Below, piece by piece: positions 41,401-58,464 of a DNA stretch of 64,000 nucleotides. The DNA is taken from the NCBI GenBank assembly GCA_964035545.1, contig OZ037768.1:23159319-23223318 (forward strand), written 5' to 3'. The DNA is from Bugula neritina. Its lineage: Eukaryota > Animalia > Bryozoa. Each line of letters begins with the position of its first letter. Position 1 is the stretch's first letter. The translations under genes were made by a program, and so were the position numbers. A model generated the notes under the pieces. The model ran no database searches. It was not told the DNA's origin and saw nothing but the letters and a program-made list of their open reading frames with translations.

Positions 41401-44400
41401 CCAGACGACTCTGGCCACTTCACACAAATGGTGACGGCAATTGTTTGCTTCACGCTGCTTCTCTTGGTATGTCACTCTTACATCTACACTACTTACCTGT
41501 ATCTACTTACCTGTATCTACTTACCTGTATGTACTCATATGTATACACTTACCTGTATCTACTCACCTGTATTACTCACCTGTATCTACGTACCTGTATA
41601 TACTTACCTGTATCTACTCACCTGTATCTACTTACCTGTATTACTTGCCTGTATATACTCATCTGTGTATACTTACCTGTGTAATGAAGCAAGTGTTTGA
41701 TACCAAAGGACAATAACATATAATTGAGATGACAATCTCTATTGTTGGAAGACAGGCTGTAACCGTTTGCAATATTCTACTTATACTGGGTATTCTTATT
41801 ATACGACAGTGCAGGAGTTATCTCCTCATATGTTGGTATTTTCTCGCTAGACTGAGTTCTTGTGCCAGATTTAATACTTCTTGTGGCCATGTAGACACTC
41901 TGCTATTGTCTAAAGTTATGGTGTTCAGTTCAGACAACTCCCAAATTCTCACAGTTCTCATAATTTGCTGTAACTGCAAGTTACTATCTGACACCTGGTG
42001 ACAAGTTTCAGTACCTGAGTATACTGCAGGGGGGGGGAGTAGGTCATACAAAGGTGACATGTTGTCTAGACGTGTGATATATACTCTCACTCACCTGCCA
42101 TACAGTGTCGTACAGTTTACTCAGTATTGTGTCTAGTCTGAGGGGAAGATAATAATATGTTGAATATTACTGCCAACTTCCTTATAAATCTCATATCTAA
42201 GTCTTGTATGCGGCACCAATTGTGTTTTAGCAACTTGCTTATAATATTATATTATATTATGTCATGTATGTATTATTTTATGTTATACAAAGGATATTCT
42301 ATTATATACTATGTTATACAAAGGATATTATAATATAATATTTCTATCATGTATTATTATTAGTGTTTCCATTCTTCTGTAGCCATGTGGGGAGTTCAGG
42401 ATAAGTTCCTTCAACTGAGAGTTAAACTAGACAACAGATTGAAGAATGAGAAGACCACCGGAGCTTTATATAGACGGTGGAGATGGCAACAGACACAGAG
42501 CAACATGGAGGTATGCTATAGCTCTGCTATACTTTATATATAGTTATGTATTCTGTGTGTGCTATAGTTCTGCTATACTTTATATATAGTTATGTACTCT
42601 GTGTATGCTATAGCTCTGCTATACTTTATATATAGTTATGTACTCTGTGTATGTTACAGCTCTGCTATACTTATATATAGTTATGTATTCTGTGTATGCT
42701 ATAGCTCCGCTATACTTATATATAGTTATGTACTCTGTGTATGCTATAGTTTAACTACTATATAATATAATATACCAATGTAGATGGGGCTGATCCTCTC
42801 TGAAAAAGAGTGGGCAAAGGAATGGGATGATCTGATAAAGTTATCTTCTATTTCAAAAAAGATTGTTGAGCTTGAAGATGGCCAGGAGACAGTGTAAGTG
42901 TTTAGTAATATATATATTATTATTTTATATTACTGTATTGTATTATATTGCTGTAATATATTACTGTGTTGTAATATATTACTCTTTTATATTACTGTGT
43001 TATGATATTTTATTTTCTTATATTACTGTATTGTATTACTGTATTATATTAATGTATTATATTATTGTATTATATTACTGTAATATATTTCTCTCTTATA
43101 TTATATCATTGTATTATATTACTATCTTATATTACTGTATTATATTACTGTATTGTAGAACTGTCTACTCGTACGAGTTTCTAGAAGAATTTCATGTCTA
43201 TGTTTTGGCTCAGATTCTAAAGAGGCCCATCATAGTATTTGCAGACTCAGTATTGCGGGACGTTGATGGCTACCCGCTATCACCCATACCCTTTGGAGGT
43301 AGGTTCTAAGTCTAGCTAATTTCACACACTCTTATGTGTAGAAGAATTACAGAGTACGTCTGCATTCTTCATATCCTGACGTGTGAACTAAAGTCAGTCG
43401 TTTGAAGCACATGTTTTATTCAGTCAGTCTGTTCACTCTAGACGTCAATGCATTCTTGGCAAATGTCCAGCTCCATTGTTTAGAGGAATATTCGAGTGTT
43501 TCTGGTGCCGTTGTGGTGTAATGTTTGAGTCAGCGCTGTCGTATCAGACTGCTTCATCTCGCGTGTTTCAGGTGTATATCTGCCTCTGGAATGCAGCCCC
43601 GCCGAGTGCTACAAAACGCCGCTGCTGCTAGCCTATGACAGGTCCCACTTTACTGCTGTCGTTACTATGGCAACCGGTAAATCTAAGAAGGAAGCCAGCG
43701 CCATGAGAGGTATTGTATATCTCAGTTTATTCTGTTAAGGATTGTTCTCTCCTGACTCCCATAGTAATGCACTGCTTCTATAAGGCTCTAGAAGTTTCTG
43801 TTGCCCAACACGAGTAACTTTTTCTGCCAGCTGAGTGAATCCTGTATGCAGAATATGAGAGAGCTAATTACTATGTGGTTGATTATTCCGTCGTAGAAGC
43901 TGCTCAACACAACTCGTTACACTCCTTGGTATATTTGCTGGCAAGGCTACAAGTCTGGTTTTCTCTGGCAGCATGCAGAGTGCTGCCAGTTTGTCTCTAC
44001 AGTGTCTATCTGGTTGGTAGTCACCAAAAACAGGCATTTGCTTTCAAAAAGTTTTCCAACCATTTGAAGAGTGGAATTTATTAATTGAGAAATGACTCGG
44101 GTTTTATTAACAGCTTGGGACTTGGGAAGATGGAGGTAGTTTATCCGCTTACAAAGTCTGCCCTCTACCCACTTTGACATCACTAAAAGAGCAGACTTGG
44201 GGTACATTCACTTGTCACTTACTGTCAGTAATGTGCGTCTGATGTTTTGTTAGACATCGTGCCGCTGACGGGCCCAGAGTGTGACCTGCTGCCTATGCAT
44301 TTCTTTGTTGACCCGGGAAAGGATGTCGACTGGAATAATCTGCCGGAGGACAGCAGCACTATGATGAGCGTCATCAACTCTGTCCACAACTACCTTGAGG

Positions 44401-47400
44401 TATTGCTTACTAGCAACTCATAAGTGTTGTGCTTGTATTACTCTGTCCACAACTACCTTGAGGTATTGCTTACTAGCAACTCATAGGTGTTGTGCTTGTA
44501 TTACTCCGTCTCAACTACCATGAGCAGTATTGTGTACATGTTCTGTTTACCTGCTGACTTAGTAGCATAATTCCTACTTTTGTTTTTAAATATTGAAGAA
44601 GTAGACTACATAGCCGTCTTATACTCATTTCTCTTTTTTTTATTATCATTTATTGTTTTTTATTAAAAGCGTCTTGTGTATGATTAATCAAAAATGAGTC
44701 TTCTTAAAACTGTTTTTTAACATGATAACTATACGTCTGTATAAACTATACGTCTGCATAAACTATACGTCTGCATAAACTATACGTCTGTATAAACCAT
44801 ACGTCTGTATAAATTATACGTCTGTATAAACTATACGTCTGCATACACTTGTAGATAAAGAACATACCTCTGGATCAGATACAGAGCGGTAGACTCTGCC
44901 CTGATGAGCCACACGCCTCCACAAACTCTTCTGTAAGTCAGAACCTTGACTAGACTGTAGTGTGGCATGACTGTAGTGTGCTGTGGCTGTAGTGTGCTGT
45001 GACTGTAGTGTGCTGTGACTGTAGTGTGATGTGACTGTAGTGTGATGTGACTGTAGTGTGCTGTGACTGTAGTGTGATGTGACTGTAGTGTGATGTGACT
45101 GTAGTGTGATGTGACTGTAGTGTGCTGTGACTGTAGTGTGATGTGACTGTAGTGTGATGTGACTGTAGTGTGATGTGACTGTAGTGTGATGTGACTGTAG
45201 TGTGCTGTGACTGTAGTGTGATGTGACTGTATACAGTGTTAAGTAGATGTTGGCATCTCAAATTATTGGTGATTGGATTTCCTTTATTTTTGTATATAGG
45301 AAGTAATTTAAGAATATATTTACTCCCTACAGACTAGTAGCTTCATTAGAGATAAACAAACAAGAGAAATGGTTGTTTACTACTTTATCTAAGTTAATAA
45401 ATAAAGTAAATGTATGTTTTGGACACCACTGAATCCATATTCAGAGTTTTACGTTTGCCAATAGACATTGCGGAGTCGTGACTCGGATAAGCACAAGGTC
45501 AATGTCGTCGGGAAGATGATGGGAAAGTTGAAGACCTCCAACCACAAGTCTAAAGACGCCAAGAATTCCGCACCTCAAGGGGAACTCGAGCTAGAGCCAG
45601 GAAATGACCTCATCATGTGCGCCAAACTCACCATCAACACGCCAAAGAGCTACTCGCACGACATAGAAAAATATCTCAAACTAACCAAGTATGTTGTGTG
45701 TTATATATAGTATACTAGTATGTGTGTTATATATAGTATACTAGTATATGTGTTATATATATAGTATACTAGTATATGTGTTATATATATAGTATACTAG
45801 TATATGTGTTATATATAGTATACTAGTATGTGTGTTATATATAGTATACTAGTATATGTGTTATATATATAGTATACTATGTGTTATATATATAGTATAC
45901 TATGTGTTATATATATAGTATACTATGTGTTATATATAGTATACTAGTATGTGTGTTATATATAGTATACTAGTATATGTGTTATATATAGTATACTAGT
46001 ATATGTGTTATATATAGTATACTAGTATATGTTATATATAGTATACTAGTATATGTGTTATATATAGTATACTAGTATATGTTATATATAGTATACTAGT
46101 ATATGTGTTATATATAGTATACTAGTATATGTGTTATATATAGTATACTAGTATATGTGTTGTTGTTTAGAGAGGAATATGAAAGTAAAAAGCTACACGG
46201 ACAACTACAGAATCTAAAAACTCTCCCTAAAATAGCGACGAAGGACTACGCCAAGTCTCTACGGGTTCAGCCTCAGTCCCTCAGGTCCATCTCTCCCACT
46301 CCTGACGCTGCTGGTATGTGCGTCATGTGTTGCCAGTTCCTCGGCACCGCTGAGCACAATAACCTCTGCTCCTCCTGCTTCAGACAGTCGGGGATGGGCA
46401 GCCAACCCTCCCAACTATGCAAGAAGTGTGGCCAGTTCAACGGCACAGCTGAGAATCACTTTTACTGCTCCAGTTGCTACGAAGACTTCATACAGTTAAA
46501 GGATGGAGCGGACGACTCCGGCTCTCGGCATGAGCAGCAGTCTACCGACAGCGATTCTGGTGAGTGACTCACATGTCAGCATGAGTCATGGTTTGACATC
46601 GTATATGTCTCACATTACTGTATATTATATAGTAATAATATCATGTAATACTGTATGTTATATAGTAATAATATCATGTAATACTGTATATAATGTAGTA
46701 ATATTCATGTGCTAATATATCATGTAACATACTATATAGTAATACTTATGCGTTGCAGGTAACATACTATATAGTAATACTGTTGCAGGTAACAATTCCT
46801 TAGATTTGTCGAAATACGCTGTTGAGATGCCAGAAGAAGATTTCGTCACCCGTATACCCATCTCTCACAACCCTCAGCCATCTGCACCGTCGCTATACCA
46901 TCCATTTCCTGTCCATGTCCAAGACTATACGCTAGGTATTCTGTCTACATGACAATCCGTAGCCCTATTCTAGTTTCCTGTGATACAGCAATCCCGGCAT
47001 TTATACTCGCAGGGCTATATCCTCCTGATTTACTGCGAACCTTTAGATTACCATGGAGACAATGAATAAGATTATATTATTGTGTTCTATGAAAATGTTA
47101 CTCAGATGCTTGAGTCAAGTTAAGCCATTATTATGAGCTATTTTTCTGTAACTTGTAACTTGTAAAACTCTTTTAAGCACTTCCAGTGAAGCAACCAGTA
47201 ACAAAGTATGTTGCACCAGATAAACTCTTTGTCAATCTGAGTCAAGTAATATATAACAGAAAATCTGCTGCAGATATCACCATTACACCATAATCTGTGA
47301 TGCAGATATCACTTTTTGTATTTTATAAACTGTGTAAGTTACTATATTATTGCTGCATATATTCTGCAACTTCTACCTTTGGTAATACAGCATGTTAGTC

Positions 47401-48238
47401 TAAGTGGACTGTACACATAATTTTCTGCAGGTAACCCTCTCCTACTGTATATTCTGCAGGTAACCCCTCCCTTACTAACTCCTACGACAGATATCCGTCT
47501 GGCGGCTACCTTCAGAGAGTTGCTGAGCCTCCCTCTCAAGGCGGGCTGTCTCTCGGCATGGAGATGCCGGGAGAGCACGGCAGCGGTGCTCTACACATGG
47601 TAGCCGACAGCAGCCGGCGTAGCACAAGACCCCACGCTACTCTCGACACGAGACAGTATACCAACAGAGCGGACAGCTCTAGACAACACAGCGGAACTGA
47701 TAATACCTCACGGCAGCATCTTAAAAAGTCAGATCACTCACGGCAGCAACAATCACAAGGAGAATATTCACGACAGCAAAGTGGCCGAGGGAGCTACCCG
47801 AAGAATTATTCCAACAATCATTATCATCGGGATACGGCTAAAGGCGCGAAGTACTCTCAGAGCAGGTATGACAGCGAGGACTCGGGGCAGTATCGGCAGC
47901 ACCCAGACCACAAGCAGCACCCACACCCACACTCGAGGACAACTTGGTACGCCTCTTCTATGCGGGACAGTCGCCACGGCGGGGGAGGCGGTCAGAACGT
48001 TTGTAAAAGGTGTAAGAAGCTGTTCCCCACTCAGCAAGGACTGTGTCGTTTTTGTAGGGCAGAGTTGTCTCGTCCTGTGACTCTGAAGGAGGCGCGCTCT
48101 GATGTGCTGTCCAGGTGCATTCGGACCGGCTGTAACCAGCCCGCTGCCTCCAACAAGGGTGTCTGCTTGAAGTGTCTGTCGGCTGAGCAGCAGTATCGCC
48201 CTAGAAGTGTGAATCAAAAGTATACGAGCATGTATTGA
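38428..48238 (+). CDS. OTUD7A/B (Cezanne)-like OTU deubiquitinase: UBA-like domain, OTU domain and four C-terminal Cys4 zinc fingers; ~15 exons
   Basis: [22 protein letters not shown] (UBA-like); [26 protein letters not shown] (catalytic Cys); [19 protein letters not shown]; PIPFGGVYLPLE; [10 protein letters not shown] (catalytic His). Junction phases checked at several junctions are consistent. Confidence 0.93.
38687..38926. repeat. 15 bp minisatellite (tcaactgttgatacg), ~16 copies, each unit containing the dyad TCAAC-T-GTTGA
   Basis: Near-perfect 5' copies decaying toward the 3' end; starts ~35 nt after the donor. Confidence 0.95.
39744..39990. repeat. Donor-anchored minisatellite (atcag|gtattatactgtatatagtaggttagt)
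   Basis: The unit includes the exon end and the donor CAG|GTATT, repeated several times. Confidence 0.9.
41490..41680. repeat. 14 bp minisatellite (tacttacctgtatc), 14 copies, antisense to the 5' splice-site consensus
   Basis: Tandem repeat read directly; exact ATACTTACCTG at 41600-41610 and 41669-41679. Confidence 0.95.
42511..42750. repeat. ~46 bp minisatellite, ~5 copies, starting at intron base +1 (GTATGC)
   Basis: Tandem repeat filling most of intron 42511-42783. Confidence 0.95.
44377..44524. repeat. 63 bp tandem duplication spanning an exon end and its donor (2.3 copies)
   Basis: actctgtccacaactaccttgag|gtattgc occurs at 44377 and 44440. Confidence 0.95.
44727..44846. repeat. 17 bp minisatellite (aactatacgtctgtata), ~7 copies, abutting an acceptor
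   Basis: Tandem repeat read directly. Confidence 0.95.
44953..45231. repeat. 15 bp minisatellite (gactgtagtgtgatgt-like), ~18 copies, just after a donor
   Basis: Tandem repeat read directly. Confidence 0.95.
45695..46161. repeat. ~26 bp minisatellite containing the palindrome TAGTATACTA, filling essentially the whole intron 45689-46170
   Basis: Tandem repeat running from donor to acceptor. Confidence 0.95.
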
Positions 48239-49324
48239 CTTTTGACCTCATCATCTGACCTGACGGTTTTTTTCCTTTGGAGTTGCTCCCTTGTAATCAG
48301 GAGAATTCCTCATCTTCACACTCCCTGTTTACCAGAGTGGCTGCTCCTACAGACGTGCTGACTTCTAAACTCTCTCGGCAGCAGGGTAGTGCTGTCATCT
48401 ACTTTATCACATTTGTATATATTTCGCTTCTAACAAATCTAAATATCAACTGCTGACTGTAAATTACTTATATTTTTGCTGTTGACTTGCCAACTGCGTT
48501 ATTTATTTTTAAATTTGTGGGCCCATGAAATCTCACGACTTCCACTGGTGGTAGCCAGTAGTTACTCAGACACCTGCAGACACCTGTTGACACCTGTCAA
48601 TCACATTTGCTTCTCTGACTCACTTGTGTTTTATTTGACTGCCCAAATGCGCCTGTAATTGCAACTTGTGTTTATACCGTTTTGCTAATAGTTGTTTTGC
48701 TATTGGTATATATATATGTTTAGTTTTGATGAACCTTTATTTTCAACTGTGAAACAGTTTATTTGTGAATAGATTAGATAATATATTTAATTCAAACAGA
48801 CAAAATTACAATAAGAGGGCATAATTAAGAACAGTTGAAAGTTGAACTCATACTGTGAAAGAGAAATAAGTAATGCCATATATAAATAAAAATGCATATG
48901 TTATTATAACTCCAAGCTCATGACTTTTGAGGCTAAACGTTCTTAAAAAATACTTCATATTCGAAAATTATTTTATATTTCTTTTCTCTAGCTCTTCTGT
49001 GAAATATGCATATATAAAAATACTGCATACACAACATGTAAATTTAGTGTGTACATTTAATAACATTATGATTAGTACTGTGTCATATAAACTCGTGCAA
49101 ATCCATAAAAATATAACTAAATGCTTTTCAAAGCAACAGTAGTATAATTCATGTGTTAAGCAAAAATCATTGAGCAAGATGGAAAATATTTAGAAAATTT
49201 GAAACCGACATGTTTTTAGATAAATCTTAGCTAATTTGATTTCTGGATTTGATCTCTTTTTCCTTATATAGCCTACAAACCCATCACATCGTAGGGGTGG
49301 TTAGGGTGGTTGGTAGCACGGCTC

Positions 49325-55120
<5,796 letters not shown>

Positions 55121-55749
55121 TCTATTCAATATCAGCAAAACAGCAAGAGTTATGTGCACTTTACACTCTAGTACAACAGTTATTGTACTTTATTATACCT
55201 GATAAAAATGATCAATTTTGGTTTTCAAATGTTCATATTGTAGCAATTGAATTTTATTTTACTCGATTTCAGTTTTATTTTTATAGGTCAACTCCAAGTT
55301 TTAATATAAATTAATAATGTGAAAATGCTTTTGCTTTAGCTGGTAACAAAATGTACCACTCACTATTGCATCCTATAAGTATATATGATGTAATAGTAAA
55401 GTTTTTATAGACAATTCATGTAATTATGCGGTATATCATATTATATAAAGTAGTTCTATGTATTATAAAATGAGGTGCATAAAGTGCATTCTTTTTGAAT
55501 ATAAATTTCATGATGATGGCACTTCCAACAGTATCATTATCTCATTTGTATAAAAACTGTTATGAAAATTGCTATGCGTTTATATCATAAATTACTATAA
55601 AATTCACCTTTGCTAGCCAAGTGAAATGTCATTATATAGGCACATATTATTGACATTCTATTGAAGGTATTCATTTTATCGGACAATTATTGGGTTTCTA
55701 CGCTTGATTGCTCTTTATGAGTAAATTAGAATAATTGATAGCATCTTCG

Positions 55750-55764
55750 GTTACCCCTAGCAAC
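55750..55764. promoter_or_regulatory. RFX X-box upstream of the tektin gene
   Basis: GTTACCCCTAGCAAC fits GTNRCC(N0-3)RGYAAC and lies ~630 bp upstream of the ATG of a ciliary gene. Confidence 0.7.
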
Positions 55765-57926
55765 CAGGAGATGAATATTCATTAACTTATATACAAATAT
55801 AAAATTATATAAAGGTACATCTTGAGTTTATATAATAATGTATTATGTTACAACCCCAATTGCTTCATTGTAGATTTCATGAAATCCAGGCATTAGAAAT
55901 TGATATAATATTAAATTTACTATTTTATAACATCAAATATAAAAACTAACTAAGTTTATTGCTAAAGAAGTAGTATTTTCTGTCCCAAATACAGAAATAT
56001 AAATGTACTTTTTAAAAATAAAACCTAGATCAGGTAAGTTATGATTGAAATGTTATATAAATATATGATTATTGTAGCAAGAGCAAGCTACAATGAGAGA
56101 CATAGTAAGAGAATATGACTGCATGTATCTGGAGTTGCCTGAGATGAAAGAATTTGAGATGACACACTTAGCATAGTACAGGCCGTGTGTTGGAAGCACT
56201 CAATGCAAGAATTGGGTGCTGCCAACACACCTAGCATAGTATAGGTGCGTTGGCAGCACCCAAGTTTTTTACTTATAATTACAATAATTTTACAGTTTTC
56301 ATCAAAGGCTAATAAACGATATTGAAACAAATAACTGATATAGAAATGGTAGCAAACATTAACAGTGCTTTAATGCAAAGTTTTACAGCTTTAAAAGTTT
56401 TAGAATAAGGTCAAACATTGGAGATCTAAATACATATAATTTTAATTCACTTTTTACCCAATAGCAACTTTTCTGCTTAATATGCACTTGTTACTCTTAT
56501 TATCTAACAACACATTTGTATAATATAGGTATACCTGTTGAATACGGCAGCTATGAATAGAGAGTTGAAGAAAATTGAAGGTTGGCTTAGAAGCGGTCAA
56601 AACAGTCTGTCTGGCTGCAGCGCTGTTCCTGATCTGACTTCTACGGGAACACCAGATGTGTTAAAATATAACACCTGGAGCTAACCAAGTGTACTCGGTA
56701 ACTAGGGTATACAAAACCCCTAGCAACACCAGTGCTGCTGGTCACGTGGCAGACAGTTGCTATGGAATATTGGACTCATCACAGGGGTGGTCTAGCCAAC
56801 TAACTACACAACCATGTCTTTATTTGTTATATAATTGTAAACTATAAATATTTACAACAACTTAATAATAATATCTGTAAATAAAATTAAAGCATAACAA
56901 TCTATATTATTTAAATTTACAGAATTTGCTGATAAAAGTACTAAAGCGATATTTTGTCTTCCCCTTCAAAACTGTTTCTAGTTTCATGAAAACCTGATCA
57001 TTCTATGGCAACATTGATTCCTAGTATGAATTATTAAACACACTTCTATTGTTTGTTAGATAATGGCATATCACCTTCTGAATATATTTTATTGTTTCTA
57101 TCTTAGCTCATTGCACACTCTAAAATACTTGATGATCTTCTATACGCATACATTGCCATAGTATACATTGTAGACCATCTATAATGATATGAACCTGTAT
57201 AAGTCCGTGATATAACATTATACCATGCACCCAACACATCTGTTTTGTTGTGACAACAGTCGTACCGAATCGGAAATGTACGTCTGCGTAATTCAGACTT
57301 CTGGAGAAGCAGACATTTTGAACTTTCGTTTAATTATGAAAGACAAAAATATAGAGCCTTAAGAGATATAAATCACGCCTTGATATTTGAATTAGTTGAA
57401 GTTGAGGATCAAATTAAGTAAACTCTTTAATTTCTCACCTACATGAGTAACTGTTGGATAGCTTATTAGATATTAGTGCTAAATTTTTATTGTTTATACC
57501 AGTTTTTATTATTGATCACTTATCAGTTTTTATCCTTTTTTAATAACTTTACTTTTTATATCAGTTTCATTATTTTTATTACGTTACTTAAGCTACTCAA
57601 TTGGAAAGTTATTGTCGTGAAGTAAAAGCCATTAAATCCCCTGAACAACTAACAGTCGCACTCTGCACATAGCCTCTGTTTTAGTACTTCTTCTACAAAA
57701 TAGACACACAGACCGACACACAGACAGACACACAGACAGACACACAATGGAGTCTGTCTGTGTACACACTGTGGCATTCGTTGAGAAGTGTCAATAGCTT
57801 CTATTATTATACAGTAATAATTAAGTTTCTATTATTTATGGTGCTGAATATTATAGTTATAGTGAAATCAATACGGAACTACTATTAGAAAATGGATATT
57901 TTACTCATTGCAGGGTGTGGGATTAT

Positions 57927-58464
57927 TCTACATGTTGAACACCCACAAATTAGTCATGTGACTGTACTACATACTCAATACTCACAAATTAGTCATGTGA
58001 CTGTACTACATGCTGAACACCCACAAATTAGTCATGTGACTGCACTACATACTCAATACCCACAAATTAGTCATGCGACTGTACTACATACTCAATACCC
58101 ACAAATTAGTCATGTGACTGTACTACATACTCAATACTCACAAATTAGTCATGTGACTGTACTACATGCTGAACACCCACAAATTAGTCATGTGACTGCA
58201 CTACATACTCAATACCCACAAATTAGTCATGCGACTGTACTACATACTCAATACCCACAAATTAGTCATGTGACTGTACTACATACTCAATACTCACAAA
58301 TTAGTCATGTGACTGTACTACATGCTGAACACCCACAAATTAGTCATGTGACTGCACTACATACTCAATACCCACAAATTAGTCGTGTGACTGTACTACA
58401 TGCTGAACACCCACAAATTAGTCATGTGACTGTACTACATACTCAATACCCACAAATTAGTCAT
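57927..58464. repeat. 39 bp minisatellite, 14 copies, with a 4-unit (156 bp) higher-order period
   Basis: Unit acaaattagtcatgtgactgtactacatactcaatacc(c); the order of variants recurs every 4 units. Confidence 0.95.

Noticed and set aside
41818-42090. Antisense ORF inside an OTUD7 intron as a nested gene
   Set aside because: No recognisable homology and no consistent exon chain; retained only as a test in the U1-mimic finding.
57927-58464. CRISPR-like appearance of the 39 bp and other arrays
   Set aside because: Units are contiguous with no unique spacers, there are no cas genes and the context is eukaryotic.
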